A DNA stretch of 45,938 bases, from positions 1-45,938 of IMG/VR virus record IMGVR_UViG_3300004481_000261. The stretch is one strand, 5' to 3'. Made by a program: the position numbers and the translations under genes. Position 1 is the stretch's first letter; each line of letters opens with the position of its first letter. The notes beneath the pieces were generated by a model that worked only from the letters and a program-made list of their open reading frames with translations, had not been told where the DNA came from and did not search any database. The stretch comes from a virus. Positions 33,640-43,256 of the stretch are shown here, one piece after another.

Positions 33640-35307
33640 CTACTTAAGTTTAGTAAGTGGTTCATAATCTATTTCAATCATACGAGGTAACCAATCTGTC
33701 GTATCTCCAAGAATGGAATCTGTAGGCCAAACCATCTTAAACTGTATACCAAAAACTGCATCCTTAGCACCTTGGTTTATTGGGATATACTTATACCCTT
33801 GAGCTAAGTCATTTCTTGTAATAGTTGATGTGATATTTGCGGTAGTTGCTTGGTTAAGATATACAGTAAGAGTACCTGCGGTTGTTGTTCCTGAAGTTAT
33901 CGAAGCAGCATTCTGGTAAACTCTAATGTAATTTACTTTAGAAAGAGGTGGTAGAATTATGACAGGAGTGTAAACATTTCCAGCAAGAGCATATTGACCA
34001 ATACTATTGATAGTACCTAAGTCGAATGGATAGAACTTACTAATAATGTTTGACCCATTGTTACACGCCAAAGTGAAACCTTGTCTAGAAGTTCTATATC
34101 CTGAAGAACCTGAATATGTATTTGCAGCACCATAAAGTAATGCCCCGAATGTTACAGTTGACTCTGGTGTAGATGTACCTGTCACTTTAGTCTGTCCAAT
34201 TTTTGCAAGTACATCATTGCCACCACGCTTGATTGGTCCGTGTGCATAGATTGCACCATCAGTACCACCCCAAACAGAGATAAGATCTGTATTCGAAAGT
34301 GAATCAGGGTACATCGGAGCTGCACCAAGACCGAGTTCTTGTATTACTTCAAAAGAAGAACCTGTATATCTACGAATCTGAGTCATACCACTTGAAGATA
34401 TTGTGAAGATTCGAATTTCACCGTTAGGTGCTACATAGATATTTTTAATAGCTTTGACTCCAGTAAGTGGTATATAGTCTTGCATACTAATAACTGTCGA
34501 TTGTCTATTCCAGATGTAAACTCCACAGGGTGTCGAAAAGTTTGCACCATTTGCTGCAATACCAATGACATCGAGTGTTGACTGGTGTACGACAATAAAC
34601 ATATTCCCACGGTAGTCTACAGCATCAGTAAGTCTGAAATATGTAGGGAAAAGAAGGACATTTGCAGTTATAGTACCGTTAGTTCCTCCGGCTGAAGTAC
34701 CATCAATCTTATGTACAGCATTATCAGCAAAGAGATAAGCATAACTGTTATCCGCGACTCTCATGAAACAGTAATTCGATGTAATCGTCTGGCTAAATGC
34801 ACCTGAAACTGTAGTAGTCAGCCAGACATCGTCGTTCGAAGCAAATGGCATTGTAGCAATACCTACCTGAAGAATATCGGATTTTTCATAAACATAAAAG
34901 AGTTTTCTTACACCATTTATTTGGTAGATTTCTAAATCAAAACCTACAGGAGTTCCTGTTGCACCTAATCCTCTCACCTTAGTAAGAACTCTATCGTCTA
35001 AGTCATCACCTTGGAAGATCTGGACTTCAGTCTTGTCCATAAAGTAGTAGTCGTCATTTACTGCATCATAAATTGCACTTGAAGCAAGACCTGATAGACT
35101 TCCACCAGAAAAAGTACAGTCTGTTAGGACTGAGTTAGAAGGTGATAAGTAACCCGGTCGAATGTAGGGATTAAAAAACCCACCAACAAGTTTACCAGCT
35201 TCTACTAAATAGTCAGTAGCAGGTGTTGGTACTGTCTGGTCGTCATAACCGTACCAGTTACCTCCGAGACCTCCACCACCTGTGACATCAATGTGTAATT
35301 TTGCCAT
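33640..35307 (-). CDS. Structural protein, function unknown (555 aa)
   Basis: Late-block ORF. No motif recognised. Confidence 0.45.
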   Translation of the reverse strand: MAKLHIDVTGGGGLGGNWYGYDDQTVPTPATDYLVEAGKLVGGFFNPYIRPGYLSPSNSVLTDCTFSGGSLSGLASSAIYDAVNDDYYFMDKTEVQIFQGDDLDDRVLTKVRGLGATGTPVGFDLEIYQINGVRKLFYVYEKSDILQVGIATMPFASNDDVWLTTTVSGAFSQTITSNYCFMRVADNSYAYLFADNAVHKIDGTSAGGTNGTITANVLLFPTYFRLTDAVDYRGNMFIVVHQSTLDVIGIAANGANFSTPCGVYIWNRQSTVISMQDYIPLTGVKAIKNIYVAPNGEIRIFTISSSGMTQIRRYTGSSFEVIQELGLGAAPMYPDSLSNTDLISVWGGTDGAIYAHGPIKRGGNDVLAKIGQTKVTGTSTPESTVTFGALLYGAANTYSGSSGYRTSRQGFTLACNNGSNIISKFYPFDLGTINSIGQYALAGNVYTPVIILPPLSKVNYIRVYQNAASITSGTTTAGTLTVYLNQATTANITSTITRNDLAQGYKYIPINQGAKDAVFGIQFKMVWPTDSILGDTTDWLPRMIEIDYEPLTKLK

Positions 35308-35308
35308 A

Positions 35309-36004
35309 TTATTTTTTCTGAATTAGTTCGAAATACTTTGAACGAATAGTTCTAGATGTTGCTCCTGTTACAGTAATTGTTTGAGTAAACATGCCTAGAC
35401 TTGTATCTAAAGGATTCATGAGGTTTGTAGTGATTTGTCCTTTTTCTATACCATCTACTAAAAACTTTACACAAACTCCTGGGATATATCTAAACTCCAA
35501 CTTGTAGTAAGTATTTGCAGAGTAAGTCTGTAATGAAACACTTGTAGTTCCTGAAACGTTTGAAGAAGAACCTTTGATTGTACCATTCAGGAATTGGAAT
35601 CCAATTTCACCATCTGCTGATTGCATCGTAATAACACTTGCATCAATATCAGTCGTAGCAGTTACTTTAGAAAGAACTCTAAATCTTAGTTCTTTGTTCG
35701 CTACAAGTCTGTTATTTGCTGCTCCTGATAGAAGAACGTAATCAGTACCTGTCGCAGTAGTAACATAAATACCGTCAGAATCTACATCACCTGTTAGGAG
35801 AGTTCCAGCGACAACATATCCTGCAATAGACTCAAAGTTACTAGAGTAGTAGTAATACGTATCCCAAACTACATCTAGAATGTTGTCCTGTATTGTCTGT
35901 ACTAAAATATCTTTAGAAGGAACATCAAGGTTACGGTTAACCCCTGGATTTGTTTCCAGTCGAGTTAGTCTATTCTTGATGTCAGCAATTTCGGTTGGGT
36001 TCAT
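35309..36004 (-). CDS. Structural protein, function unknown (231 aa)
   Basis: Late-block ORF with a short N-terminal helical segment followed by a beta-rich region. Confidence 0.45.
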   Translation of the reverse strand: MNPTEIADIKNRLTRLETNPGVNRNLDVPSKDILVQTIQDNILDVVWDTYYYYSSNFESIAGYVVAGTLLTGDVDSDGIYVTTATGTDYVLLSGAANNRLVANKELRFRVLSKVTATTDIDASVITMQSADGEIGFQFLNGTIKGSSSNVSGTTSVSLQTYSANTYYKLEFRYIPGVCVKFLVDGIEKGQITTNLMNPLDTSLGMFTQTITVTGATSRTIRSKYFELIQKK

Positions 36005-37134
36005 GAATAGATTTCATTAAGTTTCTGACGAGTCTTTGGTCCAACTTCTCGACCGAGTAAGTCATTAAGTACCTCTTCAGTATCTATAGTATACTTCTTC
36101 TGGAATTTTAATACTGAGTTTGCGGTAACTGAACCGTAGTAACCAGTTGATTCGATATTTGACGGAAATACTCCTTCGAATTTAAGACAGTTCTGAAGAG
36201 CAATAACGTCAACTTTCTGACTATTATTAAGATCTACATCTACAGGACAATTTGTATTCGAATCCCACGGAATGAATACAAGTTTCTTAGAGAATCTAAA
36301 CTTCGGTTTTGTTGGAGTCACTGGAGATGGTTGATTATTATTCTCAAATGCAAAATTCATAGGATATGCAGCGAAAAGATTACGTTCTTTGAAGAAACTT
36401 TCTTTAATGACTCGTTGACCTGCTTTACCGTATGATGTACCCCATGAATCATCAGTGATAAGTGCTTTTTCTCCTTCGTAAAGAGTAAAGTCAACGTATG
36501 CTGTCGAATGACGACCTGTTGTTTCTGCATAAGGATTAAGTTCTGGATATTTTATTGATGGAACTTCAGTCCATTCGTCGTTCTTAAAATATGACCAACA
36601 CATTACTCCTTTACCTGTCGTTTGTATGATTGAAGCGATTGTATCGATATCCTTTATTGGGAGAATGAGAAAGTTACCGATCTTGAAAACCTCTCCAACC
36701 TTTTTCTTGTACTCATCGATCACGTAAGAATCCATTTGAGTATCTGTCAGACTCTGAGATGGAACCAGTTCTTCAAGAGTAACACCTTCTCTAGCAATAT
36801 TAAAAACATCAACACCTCCCATACCACCTGAGGGTTTATTCGTTCTTCGCTGATAGATGTGTGTAGCGGAAAAGTGGACGTACTTCCCGTTCTTTAACCA
36901 GTACATTATTCCCATCAATTTTGCCATCGTTTGAGCAACGCATGAACCACTACCGTTTTGGTTATAGATTGGGAATTTTCTCCAAGTCGATGGAGATTTC
37001 TCTATCCAATTTACTGGATTTATTGATGCAACAGTTTCTCCGAAATGGTAGTCTCGAAGTATCTCATCAGAGGTTCGTGTATCTAGATTTGCTCCAGTAC
37101 CTGGTTGTTTTCTGAAAAAATTAAAAAATGACAT
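36001..37134 (-). CDS. Peptidoglycan hydrolase / endolysin: papain-like (C1) cysteine peptidase plus C-terminal PG_binding_1-like domain
   Basis: YNQNGSGSCVAQTMA has Gln six residues before the Cys, as in papain QGxCGSCWAF. GRHSTAYVDF supplies the His, and DDSWGTSYGKAGQ parallels NSWGxxWGxxGY. The C-terminus ALQNCLKFEGVF...GYYGSVTANSVLKFQKKY...VGPKTRQKL fits the PG-binding repeat pattern. Confidence 0.65.
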   Translation of the reverse strand: MSFFNFFRKQPGTGANLDTRTSDEILRDYHFGETVASINPVNWIEKSPSTWRKFPIYNQNGSGSCVAQTMAKLMGIMYWLKNGKYVHFSATHIYQRRTNKPSGGMGGVDVFNIAREGVTLEELVPSQSLTDTQMDSYVIDEYKKKVGEVFKIGNFLILPIKDIDTIASIIQTTGKGVMCWSYFKNDEWTEVPSIKYPELNPYAETTGRHSTAYVDFTLYEGEKALITDDSWGTSYGKAGQRVIKESFFKERNLFAAYPMNFAFENNNQPSPVTPTKPKFRFSKKLVFIPWDSNTNCPVDVDLNNSQKVDVIALQNCLKFEGVFPSNIESTGYYGSVTANSVLKFQKKYTIDTEEVLNDLLGREVGPKTRQKLNEIYS

Positions 37135-37135
37135 C

Positions 37136-37453
37136 TTATGGTTTGTTATTACCTACAAAATAAGCGATACTAGAGACCATTGCAACACCTAGACCTAAAA
37201 CTCCTGCAAAGAATCCAACAACTCGCCAAAACCCTTTTAGATCTTTAATGAACTTTGTTGTTTCTATTATACCTTCTTCTCCGTTTTCTTTATCACCGTA
37301 CAAAGCTCTATGGATGTCATCGATCTTTTTTTCATATTTAACCTGTTGGATATCTCTAACTTCTTGTTCTTTATCTTTTAAGACGTGATACGCATCATTC
37401 TTATCAAAGTAAGTTACAAGAGTTCTATCAATTCGTTCTACATCTTTTTCCAT
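37136..37453 (-). CDS. C-terminally membrane-anchored protein (possible holin or lysis accessory)
   Basis: 105 aa. The N-terminal part is charged and helical. A single C-terminal TMD is FWRVVGFFAGVLGLGVAMVSSIAYFV. It lies immediately upstream of the endolysin gene. Confidence 0.4.
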   Translation of the reverse strand: MEKDVERIDRTLVTYFDKNDAYHVLKDKEQEVRDIQQVKYEKKIDDIHRALYGDKENGEEGIIETTKFIKDLKGFWRVVGFFAGVLGLGVAMVSSIAYFVGNNKP

Positions 37454-37454
37454 A

Positions 37455-38747
37455 TTATGCGTTGGTGTTTATACTCTTAATATTCGCTATAACATTGGTG
37501 TTGTAGCTCTTGATATTCGCCTTTACGTTGGTGTTGAGTGACTTTAGGTTTGTAGGACCTGAGGCAGATACTGTTCCAAGAATACCGAAGTTACAGTCAA
37601 TGGTAGATGATTCTGCCCATACTGAACCATTGTATGTCCAGCGAGCACCGTCCGCGTAAGACCCACTCGTAGTATCTAGTGACCAACGTACTTCATCTGC
37701 TGCCGAGCCAGTTAATGCAATCACACGTAGATAGTACTGAGTACCTGAAGTAAGGCTCGGTGGTGTAGCAAACTTTATACAGTTCCATATGGGGGAACCA
37801 TATGTTGATAGAACTGTTGCCGATGTAAATGTTTCTGAATATACTGAAGTTGTTGCAGGGTCTGCTCCACTATAAATAGATAGTGAGAACGTACCTGACG
37901 AAGTATTTCCTTTACTTCCATAAATCATAGCACCTGTACAGGTAGAGTTTGAAGGTACTTTGAAGCCCTGTGCTTGAGGGTATGTTGCTCCAGTACCTAT
38001 GTTACTGTAATCATCGTTCGAACCTAGATACTCAGTGAGAACTGTATCGAATGGGTACTGTTGACCTGCACTTCCATAATAAATACGAGCAACATCTTGA
38101 GCCGAGAGGGTTACGTTCCAAATACCGAACATATCTATCATTCCGTCAAAGAACTGCTCGTCTGTTCCTAGGTAGTTACTAGCACCAATCTGAAACTTAT
38201 TAGACGAGTTGTAAATACTTGCTACTGTACCTGCGTTTGAAGCTGTTGAAGCAATAACCTCACCGTTTTTGTAGAACACCCACGTTCCTGTGTCTACGTC
38301 AAAGGTTGCGGCAAAGTGAAACCACGTACCTGTTGTCGTAGTAAAAGCAGCATTTGAGTTTGCTCCTTTACGGTTTGAGGTTGTACCGTCTCCGTAACAT
38401 TCCGCGTTCATCACGTTGCTATCGCCAGAGCCAAGAACTCGGACAATGTATGAACGCCCTGTGTTTCCGTCAGTCTTTGCAAAGAGTGTGTTTGTTCCAC
38501 TCATTGACTCAAACTTTACCCACCCTGCAAACGAACAGTCTCCCGATAGGTCTAGACCTGTTTGTGAGGCATCCGCAATAGAGAATGACTGTGAACTTGA
38601 TGACTCTAGGTCTGCACCGTTGTTAATCTTACCCGCAGAATAGACTACGGTATTGTTGTTGGTCAGAGTATTGACCCCCAAAGCGTCCGCAGCGTTGCCA
38701 CTGCTTTCGTCAAAGTTCCAAAATGAAATAGGTGTTGGAATAGCCAT
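37455..38747 (-). CDS. Tail-fibre protein with concanavalin/LamG-like lectin domain
   Basis: FWNFDESSGNAADALG...SQSFSI...FAGWVKFES...WFHFAATFD...FYKNGE is the Laminin_G_3-type pattern. The C-terminus carries 11-aa tandem repeats. Confidence 0.6.
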   Translation of the reverse strand: MAIPTPISFWNFDESSGNAADALGVNTLTNNNTVVYSAGKINNGADLESSSSQSFSIADASQTGLDLSGDCSFAGWVKFESMSGTNTLFAKTDGNTGRSYIVRVLGSGDSNVMNAECYGDGTTSNRKGANSNAAFTTTTGTWFHFAATFDVDTGTWVFYKNGEVIASTASNAGTVASIYNSSNKFQIGASNYLGTDEQFFDGMIDMFGIWNVTLSAQDVARIYYGSAGQQYPFDTVLTEYLGSNDDYSNIGTGATYPQAQGFKVPSNSTCTGAMIYGSKGNTSSGTFSLSIYSGADPATTSVYSETFTSATVLSTYGSPIWNCIKFATPPSLTSGTQYYLRVIALTGSAADEVRWSLDTTSGSYADGARWTYNGSVWAESSTIDCNFGILGTVSASGPTNLKSLNTNVKANIKSYNTNVIANIKSINTNA

Positions 38748-40549
38748 TATGCTACTGAGATTTGTGAATCCATTGAAGGGCAGAAGTAAATTGAATCTGC
38801 CGTCAAAGCGTAGCCGACTCTACGAATCACATTGTCCGCACCTGTTGGAATTGCCACTTGAATCTCTCCTGCTGCTTCACCTACGTACACTGCCGAGCCA
38901 ATAGTCAAAGCAGGGAACTTGGCATCTGCACGAATTGTACCTTGCATTAGAAGCGTACAAGCGTTTCCGTCTGTACCTGCTACCACTACCATTGCGAGAA
39001 GTCTGTCGCCTGTTGTTGCGGCATCTGCATCTGCGGCTTCCCATCGTGAGTCTACTGATGAGAGGTATACAAGGTCACCAAAGGCTTGAGAATAGCCAGA
39101 GGTTGCGGTCATTGTAATTCCTGAATATGCACCGTCCGCTGAACCAGAAGGGTCAAGACCAACTGAGCCACCTTCTGCAAGGAGAACTGTGCCTGTTACT
39201 GTACCACCAGCTTTAGGAAGTGCTGCGGTAATTTGTGTCTGTGCTGATGATGTAAGTCCTTTGACGTATGAAAGTTCTGTAAGCGAAGGATAGGTCGCAA
39301 CGGCTGCAGACACCAAGTTCTTTGAACCGTCAGTGATAACCATCTCAGAAGCGGTAAGGCTAGAGATATTTACTGTAGCGTTTATGTCTATGATACCAGA
39401 ACCGTGAGGAGCTAGTTGAATATCTGAGTTTCCTGCATCTGTAGAAATAACAACGCCACCTGCTCCAGCATTTATAGTTGTTGTGCCAGCTCCACCTGGG
39501 TCTATTGTAATATCTCCACCATCTGCTGTGGTAATTGTAAGTCCACCACCTCCTCCAGTAAATGTACCTGTTCCTGATGTAGCACCTCCAAGAGTAAGGC
39601 TTCCACTTGTTGCACCAACTCCGTTGCCAATTCCGAATGTGTTTGCTGTAGTATCAAACGTTAGGTCTACATCTCCTTCGAGTGTACCGTCTCCAGTCCA
39701 TACACCTACCTGATTGTTTACAGGTGTACCTACCTTAACAACGTCACCTGCTCCAGCAGTCGCCCAACTTGGAGCGAGTGTTGTGCCGTTACTCTGAAGA
39801 ACCTGGCCAGCTGATCCGTTTGCAAGTCGTGTTGGTACGCCTGAAACTCCGCCGTAAATAATGTCTCCCCCTGTTGTCATAGGGTTTGTCATCTTTGCTG
39901 TGATTTGTGTTTGAGCTGACGAAGTCAGTCCTTTAACATAAGAAAGCTCTGTGAGTGAAGGATAGGTTGCTACCGCAAGAGAAGCAATTGTAGTCGATGA
40001 GTTGAAATATGCAATCTCATTTATAGTACCACTGAGTGCCGCAGCATAAGCAGTTGCAGCAGTAAAAGCTGCAGTTCCTAGAGTACCACCTGTACCGATG
40101 TTAAGAGTCGAGGTATCTGTACCTGCTAAAGTAAGAGTATTTGAAACTGTGAGAGTCTTAGATGTAGTTCCACCTGCTATAGTGAAACCAGTTGCTGCAG
40201 CTACAAAAGTGAGACCATTGACAGATGTTGGTGTAATAACTCCTAGGGTGAGTGTAATTGCAGGAGTTGTTGTCGAGTTTGCAACTGAACCTGAGATACC
40301 ATTTGCAGTAACTATAGAAACATCAGTAACAGTACCTGAACCTGAAACTGCTGCCCATAGAGGATTAGCACCTGCTCCCTGAGTTTTTAGATAGTAACCA
40401 CTAGTTCCTGCAGCAAGACGAGTTAGATTCGTACCGTTATAGTAAAGAATATCTCCCTGTGCATAAGAAAGTCCTGCAATGTTTTGTACAAACAGTACCT
40501 CATTTGAAGTAAGTTGTGTCGAATAGACGATGTTTGGTATAAGACTCAT
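38747..40549 (-). CDS. Tail fibre (600 aa, Gly/Thr/Ala-rich)
   Basis: Fibre-like low-complexity beta-type sequence. The motif VATYPSLTELSYVKGLTSSAQTQITA occurs twice. It is contiguous with the LamG fibre gene. Confidence 0.6.
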   Translation of the reverse strand: MSLIPNIVYSTQLTSNEVLFVQNIAGLSYAQGDILYYNGTNLTRLAAGTSGYYLKTQGAGANPLWAAVSGSGTVTDVSIVTANGISGSVANSTTTPAITLTLGVITPTSVNGLTFVAAATGFTIAGGTTSKTLTVSNTLTLAGTDTSTLNIGTGGTLGTAAFTAATAYAAALSGTINEIAYFNSSTTIASLAVATYPSLTELSYVKGLTSSAQTQITAKMTNPMTTGGDIIYGGVSGVPTRLANGSAGQVLQSNGTTLAPSWATAGAGDVVKVGTPVNNQVGVWTGDGTLEGDVDLTFDTTANTFGIGNGVGATSGSLTLGGATSGTGTFTGGGGGLTITTADGGDITIDPGGAGTTTINAGAGGVVISTDAGNSDIQLAPHGSGIIDINATVNISSLTASEMVITDGSKNLVSAAVATYPSLTELSYVKGLTSSAQTQITAALPKAGGTVTGTVLLAEGGSVGLDPSGSADGAYSGITMTATSGYSQAFGDLVYLSSVDSRWEAADADAATTGDRLLAMVVVAGTDGNACTLLMQGTIRADAKFPALTIGSAVYVGEAAGEIQVAIPTGADNVIRRVGYALTADSIYFCPSMDSQISVA

Positions 40550-41256
40550 ATTTTTAATTCTAACTCTGGAAATTGTTTCTTGAAAACTGTCTCAAGTCTT
40601 GCGTGGACAATATTGTAATTGTTCATGTGGATATTGAGTTCGTCAAGGTACTTTTTAGTCTCGTACTGGGCATGATTAGCTTGTTCTGTCTTCATCAAAA
40701 CATCAATTGAGATCTTTTTCAGTTCATTTTTTGCTTCAAGAAGTTCTCGAGTTGACTCCTCTAACATTTGGTGAATCTCAATCGATAGTTTACTTTTTTT
40801 CTCTTCTAATGTTTCAATATACTTAGTGAGTTTAAGAGTTTTCTCAACAAATGGTTCGAATTCACTAGCTTTTACCTCAAGTTCTTCTTTCTTTTTTGTA
40901 ACAGATTCGAGTTCATCTCTTGCCTTTAGAACTCTATCATTTGCTAGTGAGAGTTCTTTATTTGCCGTTTTTATTTCGTTTCTAATCACGGTCAATTCTT
41001 TATCGGTTGATTCCTTCAATTCAACTAAAGACTTACGTCCTGCGGTGATTCTATCGTACTCTTCATTGAGTTTCAGACGTTCTTCATCGCATTTCTCAGC
41101 AAACTCTTTCTTTTCTTGTTCAATCGTCGAAATATCTTCTAAAACCTTCGAATATGAGGAATTAAGATCTGAAAGTTCTAAAGCCTTAGTTACACATTCA
41201 CTACGTAAGTGTGCTAACTGTTGTTCTTGGTTTTTGATTTCGATCTCAATTTCCAT
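40546..41256 (-). CDS. Coiled-coil protein (236 aa)
   Basis: Almost entirely E/K/L heptad-like sequence. It sits between structural genes. Confidence 0.5.
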   Translation of the reverse strand: MEIEIEIKNQEQQLAHLRSECVTKALELSDLNSSYSKVLEDISTIEQEKKEFAEKCDEERLKLNEEYDRITAGRKSLVELKESTDKELTVIRNEIKTANKELSLANDRVLKARDELESVTKKKEELEVKASEFEPFVEKTLKLTKYIETLEEKKSKLSIEIHQMLEESTRELLEAKNELKKISIDVLMKTEQANHAQYETKKYLDELNIHMNNYNIVHARLETVFKKQFPELELKI

Positions 41257-41259
41257 AAA

Positions 41260-41661
41260 TTATGCCCAACCAGTAATTGCTTTAAGACCAAGAGTACCGG
41301 TTGGAGTACCTCCTGTTGCTTTTGCAGAAATTCTTACAGTACTACCTTTAATGGGAGTGATGATAAGAGTGAAAATCTGTGTTGCTGCCGCTGATGCTGC
41401 TGTCATCGAGTAGATACCTGGTGTAAGAGTTGAAGTACCTCCTGATGTGCTTTGAGTAACCTGTTGAGCATAAGTTGTACCTTCATCGATTGAAGATTCT
41501 ACCTTAATTTCGATTGAGGTTTCATCACCTTTAACGTAAGTACATTCGAGACCAATCATATTTGCCTCATCGATACCTACAACAGTTCCTGCAACGTATG
41601 AAGATGTAAGAACTAAAGGAGTTCGTATGATATGTGGAATTGATTTGTTTGGGAATATCAT
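41260..41661 (-). CDS. Structural protein, function unknown (133 aa)
   Basis: Beta-rich ORF in the late block. Confidence 0.45.
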   Translation of the reverse strand: MIFPNKSIPHIIRTPLVLTSSYVAGTVVGIDEANMIGLECTYVKGDETSIEIKVESSIDEGTTYAQQVTQSTSGGTSTLTPGIYSMTAASAAATQIFTLIITPIKGSTVRISAKATGGTPTGTLGLKAITGWA

Positions 41662-41735
41662 GTTTTTAATTTTCTATAACTCTTAGTTCCTCAACCCTAC
41701 CCCCGTAAAGGAGTAGAATGAGGAACCAAAGTAGG

Positions 41736-43256
41736 TTAAGCCTTTGTAGGGTAAACCGTGAAGTAATAAGGCGTTCCACCGATGTCGATCGCAACATCCA
41801 ATTGAGTGCCTGATAGACTTGAAGCAGCAGCATTCTTAAGGTTCTTAAGAACACCACCGTTAGCACCAGTTCCGGTAAATGTAATTCCCTTAGCGTTAGC
41901 TGAGATTACCAAGAATCCAGAAGTGACCACAATGTCACCGGCAGTAAGAGTAAGAGCAGCAGTGCCTGAAGCATTACCTGCAATTACTGTTGCACCGTAC
42001 TTTGAGATTGAGAAGTCAGAAGCAGCACCATCGTAACAATTGAAGTACTTACCTGAAGTAAGTGTTGCTTCAACTGCATTGATTTGAATACCTACACCAG
42101 CCGCACTTGCTGACATATCAAAGATTGCCATCGTGCCAGTGAATAGTGCAGAATTCTTAACCTGGAAGACCACAGTTTCATCTGCAGCTGCCGAAAGAAA
42201 TTCAACCAATGTAGCACTTGTACCGGTAGCACCTGTGTGGTCTACCAAGAGAAGACGACCAGTAGTTGTAATCGCAGTAGCTGAAGATGCAATGTGAATA
42301 CCTTTACCTGTCGTAAGGGCATTAAGATCTGATGCTTCAATTGCTTTACCTGTTGTGATAGAAGCACCTGAAACTTTGAGTGCAGTACCTAGTGCAAGAG
42401 CAGCAGATGAGGTTACTTGGAAAATAACAGTCTCATCATTTGCAGCAGAACTTACTTCAGCAATAATACCTGAAGTTGATGTTGCACCTGAGTGACTAAT
42501 AGATAGAAGTCTACCAGCACCTGTAATTGCAGTAGCCGATGATGTAACATTTACAACCAATCCAGTTGTAAGGGCGTTAGCTACAACATGAACTGCTTTA
42601 CCTGTAGTAAGTCCTACAGTTGGAATGTAGAGTACAGTACCAGTTGTCAAACCTGAAGCAGTCAATGTCATAAATGACGATGTAGTGTTTCCTGTGAAGA
42701 CTCCTGAACCTGCAAATACTAAGACTGAAGCACTTGTAGCTGTATTGTTTGTTACAGAAACTGTTGCAGCATCATCTGCATCTGTTATTGTCAAACTACC
42801 ATCAGTAACAACAAGATCTCCAGCAGTTACAGTAAAGATATCTGAACCTGCAGTTCCTGAAATTGTTGCACTTGCAGTTGTAAGTGCACCAGCTTTTGTG
42901 AAGAACCAAGTACTTGATGTACCGTTGATGTCTTTACCTGAACCGAGTTGTGAGATTTGAATTGCATCACCCGAAGCTGCAGCATCAACGACTACCGTAA
43001 GTACGTCATTCGCATTTGCCATTGCTCCATTGATTTTGAAACCAAGACCTCCAGCAACGTCGAATGTATTGTCGATAGCGTACATAGTTTCCCATGTAGA
43101 ACTACCACCGCCACCTGTTAGAGAAACCCAAGCAGTACCTGTCCAGTAATATGGAGTAGTACTTACGAAGGCAAATCCACGCCATTCTGAGTCTGTGTCA
43201 GTTGGAGAAGAGCTATAAGAAGCTAATTCCAACCAATCTAAACGTGTTTTAGACAT
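41736..43256 (-). CDS. Repeat-containing Ala/Thr/Gly/Ser-rich structural protein (506 aa)
   Basis: Contains an internal duplication of about 84 aa (SSATAITGAGRLLSISHSGATSTS...ANDETVIFQV versus SSATAITTTGRLLLVDHTGATGTS...AADETVVFQV). A strong hairpin follows at 41686-41726. Confidence 0.45.
   Translation of the reverse strand: MSKTRLDWLELASYSSSPTDTDSEWRGFAFVSTTPYYWTGTAWVSLTGGGGSSTWETMYAIDNTFDVAGGLGFKINGAMANANDVLTVVVDAAASGDAIQISQLGSGKDINGTSSTWFFTKAGALTTASATISGTAGSDIFTVTAGDLVVTDGSLTITDADDAATVSVTNNTATSASVLVFAGSGVFTGNTTSSFMTLTASGLTTGTVLYIPTVGLTTGKAVHVVANALTTGLVVNVTSSATAITGAGRLLSISHSGATSTSGIIAEVSSAANDETVIFQVTSSAALALGTALKVSGASITTGKAIEASDLNALTTGKGIHIASSATAITTTGRLLLVDHTGATGTSATLVEFLSAAADETVVFQVKNSALFTGTMAIFDMSASAAGVGIQINAVEATLTSGKYFNCYDGAASDFSISKYGATVIAGNASGTAALTLTAGDIVVTSGFLVISANAKGITFTGTGANGGVLKNLKNAAASSLSGTQLDVAIDIGGTPYYFTVYPTKA

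Noticed and set aside
37455-40549. Diversity-generating retroelement acting on the repeated fibre segments
   Set aside because: No reverse transcriptase is present. The differences between the repeated segments are synonymous third-position changes rather than adenine-specific substitutions.
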